Positions 27,403 through 39,990 of a DNA stretch of 64,000 nucleotides are shown here, piece after piece. The notes beneath the pieces are model-generated. The model worked only from the letters and a program-made list of their open reading frames with translations. It was not told where the DNA came from and ran no database searches. This DNA comes from Ylistrum balloti (taxonomy: Eukaryota). The DNA lies in contig NW_026782115.1 of the NCBI RefSeq assembly GCF_031769215.1, positions 620,001 through 684,000 of the forward strand, given 5' to 3'. The position numbers were made by a program, and so were the translations under genes. Position 1 is the first letter of the stretch. The number at the start of each line of letters is the position of its first letter.

Positions 27403-29921
27403 TTCATTTGGTTTAATAGAACAGTTTACGACTTGTTGAATTCTCAACGAATATGATCATAACAAAGAAAAGAAAAAAACATTTAACGATCATCGAATCA
27501 CCAATAGTAGTCCCACAACCGCATGATTCTTCCCTTGCTGGACAAAGGATATAGCGTAATTTGGAAATGGAATTCGGGAATATGATTAAGCGCGATTAGA
27601 TATTCTGTGAGGAAACATTACTTAATTGAATATTTCAAAGAAATAGTTTTCCTGATGATCTGGACATTGTCTTTAACTTATTCAATGGAATACGTTCAAA
27701 ACAGACTCTCTCCAATTGCAATGACAAACTGAGACAGAACTATAGTTCTATGACACTTGCTCAAATCTGCCATATATGTATATCACTGTGTTCAGGTTGT
27801 GAAAAGATTAACATATGTATGTATGTTGGAAAGTATGGTCTTTCAAATGTTAGTATGGCAGGTAGTGACACAATCCATTGTTGACGAATGTGATCATACT
27901 TCACACGCACAATAAGCAACTCATATCACGGCACATGTCTGCATGTGATTTTTTTCAAGAAGTGGATGAAACTTTGATAGACTATGATTTTGTATTATAG
28001 AGTCGAGTGTAAAGAACATGTAGCTTTATATTAGTACAAATGTGAAATCCGGAAAGAACAAGAAAATTCTTTCTAATTTTTCAAGTGTTTAAAGAATGGC
28101 TGTGAGAAGATATGTATAGGAATGTTTGTGTAGGGACAAAAGCAATATTTACTTTTACATTGTTACAAATATAATTAAAATGAAAATGAATCGATTTTTC
28201 TTGTTTTTTGTTTTCTCTTTCTTTTTTGTCATGATTATCGCAGTTGGTCTGGTCATGAACAGAAAATCATTTCGACATAGCTAGATTAGTACAGAATGCA
28301 AATTGCAACATCTGTGTTGTTATTTGATTCCATCAATCGTGAATCCATTCTTAAGAATTTCTACTCAAATAAGTTGAGTTTGATATAGCCTAAAACAGTT
28401 TTCAGAAATCGTAACATTTTACATGCACTAAGGCAGAAATAAATATAACCAAAAATTAGCTAATATATTGCGAAGTTAGTTAACTGGGATCTTTCATTAA
28501 TCCATGCATTATTTTGTACACAAAAATCAAATAAGAACATTGCATTGAAAGGTACTATGCATTTGTGTAACTCTTAAATACGGACCATATTTAAAACGTC
28601 GTACACAAATTATATTATATATTCACTAATTCAATAAACACAATTATAGGAAATATACTAGGAAATATATTTGAATCACCGACAGAGCAAGAAGCTTACA
28701 GACTATCAACAGTGTAGGAATTTGATGGTTTGTAGTATGAATGTTTTCAAAATAGTTTATGTAATTTGTAATATTATGCACTTCAATGTTTTTTGTTTTA
28801 CAACTGTTTCAATATAACACACCATATTTGTATATAAATAACAAACAAATAGTAACGACAATATGCGGACTTTCACTGCTATGTTGTGGCAAGGAATTCA
28901 TGTCGAAATCTATGTAATTTATTTCCTGTCCTGTAAGTTCTAAATGCGTCATTCATTTCACGGTTAGGAGGCGTCAAAACGGACGAGGTAGGGGATAAGA
29001 TATCAATTACTGTAAGAATGGATTAATATAGATACCTTATCAAACACGGTGTAAACAACAAACATGTAACATTAATAATACATTGTCAGTACATTATATA
29101 GTTTCAACTTGTGCCAAATGTAATTGATATCTTCCAGGAGGTTCTTTGGTTAAGCAGCAGGTGCTTTTTATATGCAAATAATACCAGCAATGTTTCGTTG
29201 CCTCTCTTGTCAATAACTTCAATTCATACCAGGTATCGTAAGGGAGGGATGTTTGATTTTATAATCGTTAATATTGATTATGTGTGTGAGGGAGATTTTA
29301 GAAAAGTACCTGAAATAAACATCAATGAGATATAGTACGTTGTGTTCTTCTCTAGTTCATACACATGGTTTTCAAATCTCAAGCTCCTTATACGCACAAT
29401 AAACATTATTAACGGTAACGGAAAAAACTCAACGGAGACAACAAGAAAATTTGATCACACAATCAATCATAAATAATGAGACAGATACAATTTATAACTA
29501 CAAGATATACTAACATTTCAGAATGTGAATGCATGCAGAATGCAGAAAGTTAAACTTACTAACCAGACCACCAAGTGGTCGTTATTTCTAATGCTGTGCG
29601 TGAAAACTTCAATCAAAATAATTTGAATTTCTTACTACAATAAAATAGGAGGTCTTGCCTATTTTTAGCTTTTCTAGTTTTAGGTTAGCATATACTATTT
29701 CGCATTTTATTGATAATGCTAAATTTGCGTATGTATGTAGTGACCAAGAATATATTTATCATTTTGGGGTGATCTGTGTTAAGACATACTAAAAGCACGC
29801 ATTTTATTCATTCATTCTGTTCAGAGAAAAAATACATGTTTCCTATAACATCGTATATCGATTGCGATCAGCATTTTTGAGAATATAGCAATTACTGTAA
29901 AATTGCAGTAATATTGGTGTC

Positions 29922-30125
29922 TGATCAAACACCATCTAAACAATTAATATTCAAAATAAGCTATCAAGCTTTGTCATTATATGATTAACAGTCAGCATAT
30001 GCCATATGTAACTGATATCTCACCGGAGGTACTTGGCAGATATTAAACCACACGCAATGTTACGTAGCCCTCATAGGGAAGGCAGATATGTATAAATACT
30101 TAAGAAACCTAAATCCTGATCAGTT
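29922..30125 (+). promoter_or_regulatory. g7 promoter (type P1)
   Basis: TGATCAAACACCATCTA 29922-29938, TATAAATA 30091-30098, TCAGTT 30120-30125. Confidence 0.7.
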
Positions 30126-30190
30126 CTCAGACAGACACTGATCATCTTGTATCGAGGATTTATTATATATCATACAAACCAATTATAAGA

Positions 30191-30622
30191 ATGGAAACCG
30201 TACCGACAACATCCAACAGTACTGCTACTGACAGGATCAACAGTGCCCTGGCTACACTCCGGAGTGATATGGTAATTATTATTTAGATGTTTTTTCCATT
30301 AATTCTCTGTTTCTCCGTTATTTCGTATCTAAACTATTGGATATTTTTATTGATGTTTCTAAAATTAATCGATCTTTTACTTTAATTGTTACAGCTCGAC
30401 CTCAGACAACAAGATGTCCAGCTGATGCAGCAGCTTATGTCGATCAACGAAAACATACAGACGCTGACCAAACGAAGGCCTAACTCTGGAAGGCAACGAA
30501 AAACGAAATACACGATTAAAGGACGACGAAAATTCATCAACCGAAGTGAATCTATTCCAGAAGAAGAATCGAGTTCGGCAGACTCTGACAGTGATGAAAG
30601 TCTGACCGGTATTGAAAATTAA
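30191..30622 (+). CDS. g7: LURAP-domain protein, 2-exon form, 102 aa (exons 30191-30271, 30395-30622)
   Basis: METVPTTSNSTATDRINSALATLRSDM|LDLRQQDVQLMQQLMSINENIQTL...GIEN*. Its intron is diverged from those of g5, g6, g8 and g9. Confidence 0.9.
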
Positions 30623-32919
30623 TCCATTTGGTTTAATAGAACAGCTTACGACTTGTTGAACTTTCAACGAAAATGATCATAACACAGAAAAAAACTTTTT
30701 ACGATCATCGGATCACCAATAGTAGTCCCACAACCTCATGATTCTTCCCTTGCTGGACAAGGATTAATTGTGATTACGATATGAACGAAGTGGCATATTC
30801 TTAGGAAAATGAGTCGGTGTTGAAACTTTGATAAACATCGAAAGTTTGTTACCGATAATTATAACAACATTTCGTTCAAACGCATACGGTATTCCTTTAA
30901 CGGAATAAGAGATGTAGACTATGAAACATTTGCCCAATTCTGCCAGACATTTCTAACGATGTGTTCAGAGTAAAATGATGAGTATATGAAGTATGTAACA
31001 ATAGTGTAATATTAGGTTTTAGTATATGATAAGTGTGTACAAGAGATTGGGAAGGGAAAGTTGCAATACTTTTTTACATTGTTATAAAAATGATTAAAAT
31101 AAAGATGAAAGAAATTCTGATATTCTTGTTATCTGTTACCGCATAATTATTGCAATGATAGCTGACCAACGGCAGCAGAAGAGAACCATAGAAACACGGC
31201 TTCAAATACATTTCCTGATTTCATTTCATAATCCAGAGTATCTCTCAACGCTTCCTGTGATTAATAATTACTTCAGGCAATTTGTTCTGACTGTTGTATG
31301 TTATCTCTTCTAAGGCCAATAGTTGAGACATTCAACACATATTAGATGAAATAATAAATGTTTTTTCTTTAAACAATATCAAATTCGGCTTAAACAATGA
31401 ACGAAAAATCTTCTTTTCTATTTAAAAGCTCTATTGAATATCAGATTCTAAAGTTCATCCTAAGCATGAACACTATTCTAGCTAATAATCGAGAATAGGA
31501 CATGGAATATATCGCGCTAGAATTACATTGCTTTGTTCGGGCCCAGATTTGTTATATTTGATACGTGCTTGTTACACAATATGCTTCATAAGCCATATAC
31601 ATTATAGTTTCACTTGCATTGCAACAAACACACTAACTGCAGCACAAAAACGTATATTTCGAACATCTAAACTATCAATTTCATTATATATGCAGAAACA
31701 ACAGGACCCATAAAACCGTCAAAAGAAATGATATTGTGTTGCTCTGTGTAAATAGACACTCAAATATATTCTTTTTATTATAGATCATGAACTCATTACA
31801 ATTCCGTTACAAAACAATGTTTATTCTTATATGAATCATTGTAAAATAATGACAATTTTGAACTCTCGTTTGTATGTAGTGGGAAATATTCTTTTGTTAT
31901 GTATCAAGGATGTCGTCTCCTGTCATATTAGAAACATGAACGTCATATAATTCATGTTGTCTAGTTTAAAAACCTCGGACGCAGGGCGGGAGAGGGGGGA
32001 CATATCAATAACTGTAGGATTGTAATAATACAGATACCTTATCTAACACCATCTATACAATTGATAATTAACAATGGTAATACATTGACAATATCAGATC
32101 TATAATGACACAATTCCGTATGTAACTGATCTCTCCACGGAGGCTCCTGGCTAAAACAACAGGTGGCTTTTATAAGACATTACCAACCCACAGTCCTTCG
32201 TCGCTTCTTCGTTATTAAGGACTTCAATTGATTCAAGAGGAGAAAACCACGACATGCTCATTTTCACCATTGCGGGAAGGACGTTGGTTTCAAAGCCGTA
32301 ACTACAGAACATGTGTGTAATGATGATCCAAATAAAATAAACGTCAAGCCTAAATGAGTTTTTGTTGTTATCTGTATAATACCCTTTCTTGTCACGTCAT
32401 GTGCCATCATACCCAAAGAAAACATTATTAACAGTAACAGAAGCAAATCGGAGGAGGTAACATTAACGGACCTATTTTGGGATTTGATGATATAATCAAT
32501 CACAATTTGAAATGGAACGAGACAGATACCACGCATGAATAACAAACTTACATAGTGCAGGTTAAGAATGGGAGTAGAAAGTGAACACCGTCAACTGAAA
32601 GGTCATTCGGACGCTTTACACTAAAACAACGACCTTGCCTAATATTATACTCTCCGGTTTTAAGATAACAGCTACGTTTACGTAATTGATTGGACGCTAA
32701 ATTAGACAGAGCTGAACTGACATCTGTAGTTAGTGAGTAAAAGTATTCGTTTGTATTGATCTGCTGTATAAATATCAAAGCATGCATATCATGCATTCAT
32801 TGTGTGCTGAATAAAAACGACCCGTTTCCTGGTACGCCATACATAAATTCCGAAAAGCAATAGCACATAACTTTTGGTGAAAATTTCAATCATCGTTAAA
32901 TGGCAGTAACATTGGCATC

Positions 32920-33146
32920 TTATAAAACACCACTTAAACAAAAGACATGCAAAAATAGCCACGTACCATTGTCATTAAATGATATACTGTCACCCTGTGC
33001 CAGATGTAAATGATCCCTCGCCGGAGGTACTTGGCTAATATAACAAGTTCTTTATGCAAGATATTAAACCACCCGCAATGTTACGTAGGCCTCATAGGGG
33101 TGACAGACAGGTATAAATACTTGTGATAACAAAGCCCTGATCAGTT
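32920..33146 (+). promoter_or_regulatory. g8 promoter (type P2)
   Basis: TTATAAAACACCACTTA 32920-32936, TATAAATA 33112-33119, TCAGTT 33141-33146. Confidence 0.68.
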
Positions 33147-33211
33147 CTCAGACAGACACTGCTCATCTTGTATCGAGGATTTATTATATATCATACAAAC
33201 CAATTATAAGA

Positions 33212-33369
33212 ATGGAAACGGTACCGACAACATCCAACAGTACTGCTACTGACAGGATCAACAGTGCCCTGGCTACACTCCGGAGTGATATGGTAATTTT
33301 TATATAATTCCTATTTTCTTTAAATCATTATTCTTTCTGTTATTTGAGATTAGAGCATCTTTGATTTTG

Positions 33370-33401
<32 letters not shown>

Positions 33402-33673
33402 TTTTTTTTCTAAAATTAATCGAATTCGTACTTTTATCGTTACAGCTTGACCTCAGACAACAAGATGTCCAGCTTTTGCAGCAGCTTATGTCGATCAACG
33501 AAAACATACAGACGCTGACCAAACGAAGGCCTTACTCTGGAAGGCAACGAAAAACGAAATACATGATTAAAGGACGACGAAAATTCATCAACCGAAGTGA
33601 ATCGATTCCGGAAGAAGAATCAAGTTCAGCAGACTCTGACAGTGATGAAAGCCTGACCGGTATTGAAAATTAA
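33212..33673 (+). CDS. g8: LURAP-domain protein, 2-exon form, 102 aa (exons 33212-33292, 33446-33673)
   Basis: METVPTTSNSTATDRINSALATLRSDM|LDLRQQDVQLLQQLMS...GIEN*. The intron is lengthened by a (TTTTG)n/poly-T expansion at ~33365-33409. Confidence 0.9.
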
Positions 33674-35715
33674 TTCATTTGGTTTAATAGAACAGTTTAC
33701 GACTTGTTGAACTCTCAACGAATATGATCATAACAAAGAAAAGAAAAAAACATTTAACGATCATCGAATCACCAATAGTAGTCCCACAACCTCATGATTC
33801 TTCCCTTGCTGGACAAAGGATATAGCGTAATTTGGAAATGGAATTCGGTAATATGATTAAGCGCGATAAGATATTCTGTGAGGAAACATCACTTAATTGA
33901 ACATTTCAAAGAAATAGTTTTCCTGATGATCTGGACATTGTCTTTAACTTATTCAATGGAATACGTACAAAACAGACTCTCTCCAATTGCAATGACAAAC
34001 TGAGACAGAACTATAGTTCTATGACACTTGCTCAAATCTGCCATATATGTATATCACTGTGTTCAGGTTGTGAAAAGATTAACATATGTATGTATGTTGG
34101 AAAGTATGGTCTTTCAAATGTTAGTATGGCAGGTAGTGACACAATCCATTGTTGACGAATGTGATCATACTTCACACGCACAAAAAGCAACTCATGTCAC
34201 GGCACATGTCTGCATGTGATTTTTTTCAAGAAGTGGATGAAACTTTGATAGACTATGATTTTGTATTATAGAGTCGTGTGTAAAGAACCTGTAGCTTTAT
34301 ATTAGTACAAATGTGAAATCCGGAAAGAACAAGAAAATTCTTTCTAATTTTCAAGTGTTTAAAGAATGGTTGTGAGAAGATGTGTATAGGAATGTTTGTG
34401 TAGGGACAAAAGCAATATTTACTTTTACATTGTTACAAATATAATTAAAATGAAAATGAATCGATTTTTTTCTTGTTTTTTGTTTTCTCTTTTTTTATCA
34501 TGATTATCGCAGTTGGGCTGGTCATGAACAGAGAAAATCATTTCGACATAGCTTGATAAGTAAAGAATGCGAATTACAACATCTGTGTTGTTATTTGATT
34601 CCGACAATACTGAATCTATTCTTGATAATTTCTACTCAAATAAGTTGACTTTGATATAGCCTAAAACAGTTTTCAGAAATCGTAACATTTTACACGTACT
34701 AGGGCAGAAATAAATACAACAAAAATTAGCTAATATATCGCGCAATTAGTTGACTGGGATCTTTCATTAATCCATGCATTATTTTGTACACAAAACATCT
34801 AAATAAGAACTTTGCATTGAAAGGTACTATGCATTTGTGTAACTCTTAAATACAGACCATATTTACAAACGTCGCAAACAAATTATATTATATATTCACT
34901 AATCCAATAAACACACTTATAGGAAATATACTAGGAAATATATTTGAATCACCGACAGAGCAGGAAGCTTACAGACTATCAACAGTGTAGGAATTTGATG
35001 GTTTGTAGTATGAATAATTTCAAAATAGTTGATGTAATTTGTAATATTATGCACTTCAATGTTTTTTGTTTTACAACTGTTTCAATATAACACACCATAT
35101 TTGTATATAAATAACAAACAAATAGTGACGACAATATGCGGACTTTCACTGCTATGTTGTGGCAAGGAATTCATATCGAAATCTTTGTAATCTATTTCCT
35201 GTCCTGTAAGTTCTAAATGCGTCATTCATTTCATGGTTAGGAGGCGTCAAAACAGACGAGGTAGGGGATAAGATATCAATTGATAACTACAAGGTATACT
35301 AACATTTCAGAATGTGAATGCATGCAGAATGCAGAAGGTAAACTTACTAACCAGACCAAGTAATTGTTATTTCTAATGCTGTGCATGAAAAATTCAATCA
35401 AAATAATTTGTATTTCTTACTACAATAAAATAGGAGGTCTTGTCTATTTTAGCATTTCTAGTTTTAGGTTAACAGATACTATTGCGCATTTTATTGAGTA
35501 TTACTCAACGGCAATGCTAAATTTGCGTATGTATGTAGAGACCAAGAATATCTATTATTATCGGGTTGATCTGATTTAAAACATGCTAAAAACACGCATT
35601 TTGTTCATTCTGTTCAGAGAAAAAAATACATGTTTCCTAGAACATCGTATATCGATTGCGATCAGCATTTTTGAGAATATAGCAATTACTGTAAAATTGC
35701 AGTAATATTGGTGTC

Positions 35716-35919
35716 TGATCAAACACCATCTAAACAATTAATATTCAAAATAAGTTATCAAGCTTTGTCATTATATGATTAACAGTCAGCATATGCCATA
35801 TGTAACTGATATCTCACCGGAGGTACTTGGCAGACATTAAACCACACGCAATGTTACGTAGCCCTCATAGGGAAGGCAGATATGTATAAATACTTAGGAA
35901 AACTAAATCCTGATCAGTC
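35716..35919 (+). promoter_or_regulatory. g9 promoter (type P1)
   Basis: TGATCAAACACCATCTA 35716-35732, TATAAATA 35885-35892, TCAGTC 35914-35919. Confidence 0.68.
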
Positions 35920-35984
35920 CTCAAACAGACACTGATCTTCTTGTATCGAGGATTGATCATATATCATATAAACCAATTATAGGA

Positions 35985-36415
35985 ATGGAAACCGTACCGA
36001 CAGCATCCAACAGTAGTGCTACTGACAGGATCAACAGTGCCCTGGCTACACTCAGGAGTGATATGGTAATTATTAAATAATTCTTATTTTTTTAAAAATC
36101 ATTATTGTTTCTGTAATTTGAGATTAGAGCATTTTTGATTTTGTTTTGTTTCTAAAATTAATCGAATTCGTACTTTTATCGTTACAGCTTGACCTCAGAC
36201 AACAAGATGTCCAGCTGATGCAGCAGCTTATGTCGATCAATGAAAACATACAGACGCTGACCAAACGAAGGCCTTACTCTGGAAGGCAACGAAAAACGAA
36301 ATACACGATTAACGGACGACGAAAATTCATCAACCGAAGTGAATCGATTCCAGAAGAAGAATCGAGTTCAGCAGACTCTGACAGTGATGAAAGCCTGACT
36401 GGTATTGAAAATTAA
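35985..36415 (+). CDS. g9: LURAP-domain protein, 2-exon form, 102 aa (exons 35985-36065, 36188-36415)
   Basis: METVPTASNSSATDRINSALATLRSDM|LDLRQQDVQLMQQLMS...GIEN*. Confidence 0.9.
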
Positions 36416-39040
36416 TTCATTTGGTTCAATAGAACAGTTTACGACTTGTTGGACTCTCAACGAATAGTATCATGACTCAGAAAAAGAAACATTTTTACGA
36501 TCAACGTATCACCAACACTAGTCTCACAACCTCGTGGTTCTTCCCTTGCTGGACAAGGATTAATTATGGTTTAGAAATAAACATACTGACAGGTTTTTAT
36601 GAAGAGGATTCGGCGTTGAAATATTGATAAACATCGAAAGTTTGTTACCAATGATATATCAATTTCTTCAATCGAAGCAAAAACACTTTTCAAACTTATT
36701 CGTTGTTTCCATTACGTTACAAGGAGACACCGTTTGTCAATTAAATGACATTCGCCTAATACTGCCAGACATTTCTTTCAATGTGTTCACAGGGCATAGA
36801 TGTGTATGAAAGTTGGAACATTTGCGTAACGTCTATATGAAGTGTTTGATAAGAAAATACACGCAGTAGTTACATATTTGAGTGATGAGGAGAGTAAATA
36901 ATTCTTCATATCAATGTATATCTTTGATAAAAATGGCATTGTATAATCGTATGGAAATTAATTGTCTAATGTTATAATCAATGTGTAAGTGGAATGCAGA
37001 AGTAGAACATAATTTATAAACTTAATTCTAGTCTAAAAGATTAAAGTCAACAAATGAGCACAAAAGCGAAAGTGAAGGGAATGTTGCAATACCTATATAC
37101 ATTGTTACAAATTTAAATAAAAATTTAAGGAACCTTTATATTCTTGTGTTTTTATTGTACGCATGATTATCGAACTGTTTGCTGATCAATGGCGACTGAA
37201 GAAAACGAAAGAAAACCATTTTTTTATTTCAATACTTATAATCCAGAATATCCTTCAACACTTCCCATTATTAATGTTTATTTCAACCAGTTGGTTCTAG
37301 CTGTTTGTATCTTATATATTCAAAATTCTTCAGTTGAGACATTTGTCCCATTTGAGAGATATAATGAGGATATATTGATGGAAGTTTATACTCAGTATTT
37401 TATTTTGTAGTAGCTAATCATCGATAGTGTGCATAATAAATATTTGATTTGTTCGAACCTAAATTAGATAGATTTGATGCAGGCTTGACGTACAACATGT
37501 CTCACAAAATACACGCACATTATAACTTCACTAGCATTGCAATAACTATTGAATATTTAAACTAATAGTCAACTTATAGGGCACCATATGTCAACAGATA
37601 TTTCTTATATTATCATTCTCGCTGACCTTTGTGTCATTACAGTTTCCATTTTAAAACAACCTTTATATTACTATATCAATCATTGTAGGGGTAATTCACG
37701 ACAGTGCTTGACTTTCGCTGGTAGTGGCATCCACTTTATGTTGATATATTTGGGTTATCGTTGACTGCCGTATAAGAAACATGAATTTTATGTATTTCAT
37801 GGTGTCCAATGTAAAAACATAGGGAGCGGGGGATCTTATCAATAACTGTAATATTGCAGTGATACTTTATCAAACACAATCTACACAATAGACATGTAAA
37901 AATAGTAACTCATTGTCAGTTAATCATAAACAGGCAACCCATTCCACATGTAATTGATCTCTACCCGGAGTCAAGTTTCGCAAGATATAAACTACCCGCA
38001 ACGTAAAGTTCCATCATACAATAACTGCGAAATTAAAACTTCTAAGAAATTACTGCAAAATAACGACAGGAAACATTATCACTCCTCGGGAAAAAAACAA
38101 AAACGGTACCATTTCGTTTTCGATCGCAACATCATTACATGTAGAATATGACGTCAGCATTTTCGGAATAATCTTTCTCGTTTTCTAACAAAGATTACTT
38201 TCCGATTTTCTTTTTTGAGCTTAAAAATGTAGGATAAAGAACATTGAAGTTAGATGTCAATTTTGTTCAAACAATGTCTGTTTAGTTCTAACTTTGCATA
38301 TATCATAATTGTGGAATGTAAACGACGATTATTGGAAAACACTTATCCATATATCTTTAAATATTAATCATGAAAAAAATGTAATGTACGAATTTGAACT
38401 ATTATTACATTTTTATCACTGGCCATTTAAATATAATGAGTATCTAAAATGTTTAAATATCTAAACCATGGGCTTCTATTAAATACATAGATTACATATA
38501 TTTTTTGTCAGATAGCTTTCAGATGCATATATAAACATTCTACATTGTTAGCCAGAAACAACTAAATGTGTAACAAAATTGCCTATACAAACCTAAACTT
38601 AATGAAAGGAATCTCATAAATCATTTTGATAGTCATGGTGCGTCAGGCATACATATCTGTTACTTGTATCTCGTTTAAAGCACATTACTAACTTTATTTC
38701 AAATTACAAATAACATTTGACCGAAGCACAGCAATTTTATTCATATTGCAAATAATATTAATAACGTCATTACGTAAACCAAAAAGCAAAAGAATGCTAA
38801 TTGACTAATATCTCATAATTCTTGCAATTACACACATTATAACGGAAAATAAATTGTCATCTTAATAGAAGTACTGTAAAGGGATCCACGAAATTGTACC
38901 CCAGAACAAGTACAAGGTAACCAGTACCAAGTAGCACTGGTATTTCCTTCTGTCATGTCACGGATATTTCATTTCTTTAATTCCAGGTGTCTTGGTCTAT
39001 GCAGGAGAACCTACTGAATAAGGTTGGAATCCTGCGTTAG

Positions 39041-39228
39041 ATATTCAATACCATCTATAGGTTTAATCTGTAACCCTATAACCAGTTAATCGTCACACCA
39101 GGACACAAAGCCACTGGTGTAACCAATCTGCATATGGTAGCGTACGGCTAAAACATCACGTGATCAGTCATCTACCCGTGACAATGGGTTGGTATATAAC
39201 GACTTAACAACGCAAGCCTTAATCAGTT
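39041..39228 (+). promoter_or_regulatory. g10 promoter
   Basis: ATATTCAATACCATCTA 39041-39057, TGTAACCAAT 39118-39127, TATATAA 39193-39199, TCAGTT 39223-39228. Confidence 0.65.
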
Positions 39229-39285
39229 CTCGCCTAGTCACCGAATACACGTTACAGCTACGTCCATCACACTAAATCATTTAAA

Positions 39286-39990
39286 ATGGAATCTGCTCAC
39301 ACAACATCCAAAACCAGCGTTTCTGACAGGATAAATGGTGCCCTGGCCACTCTCAGGAGTGAAATGGTAATTAACTTGATCGTAATGATCATCGTAATCA
39401 TCATATATTGAATAATGCAATTCGATTGTTGGGTTTAATTTTTTCCCAAATTTCAAATCCATTTATTTCCCTTTGGAAATATATATCACTCACTCGTAAT
39501 CTGAAACAGCATCTTAATTTATTACCTTTGGTATTTACAGCTTGACCTCAGACAACAAGATGTTCAGTTGATGAAGCAGCTCATGTGTATCAATGATAAC
39601 ATCCAGACGCTATCAAAAAGAAGGAGCTCTAACACACCATTAAGGAAGAAGCTGGCTCTGGTCAATGGTAGAATGATTTTCGTAAATGTCGATGAGTTCA
39701 CCACTAAAAGACAAAACCGAAGTTCCCTGTCCCGAACTCTTACTGGATCTGTGTCCAGCATTGAAGGTAATTATTCAAGATTCATTAAAATTCATGTGCT
39801 AGTGCTATTTCAGAAGTTGAAATTGTCGTACCTGAAAAATTTTTTTTTGGAGTTAATATCATCACGGCAAGAATATATATAACATATTTATTTTGCTATT
39901 GTTTCAGAAACCTCAAGCTCCACAGAAGACCTCAGTTCATTGGATTCGGATAGTGATGACAGTTTGTGTGGAACCATGCATAACCATTAG
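39286..39990 (+). CDS. g10: LURAP-domain protein, short 3-exon form, 129 aa (exons 39286-39366, 39541-39766, 39908-39990)
   Basis: MESAHTTSKTSVSDRINGALATLRSEM|LDLRQQDVQLMKQLMCINDNIQTL...TLTGSVSSIE|ETSSSTEDLSSLDSDSDDSLCGTMHNH*. GT-AG introns, phases 0 and 1. Confidence 0.9.

Larger units (their letters stand above)
20571..38000 (+). repeat. Tandem gene array, ~2.8-3.3 kb unit, 6 copies (g4-g9)
   Basis: ATGs at 20417, 23739, 26973, 30191, 33212 and 35985. Exons, introns and most spacers are near-identical. Two 3'-flank types (A: g4, g5, g6, g8; B: g7, g9). The right boundary is approximate. Confidence 0.92.

Noticed and set aside
21181-35579. Recurrent spacer ORFs in the array (MLKSAIYV.., MDIVFNLL.., MNACRMQK.., MLNVIDIF..)
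   Set aside because: Recurrence simply reflects DNA duplication. They use non-ATG starts and are broken in sister units; for example the MLKSAIYV frame has CAA TAA in the g6 unit.
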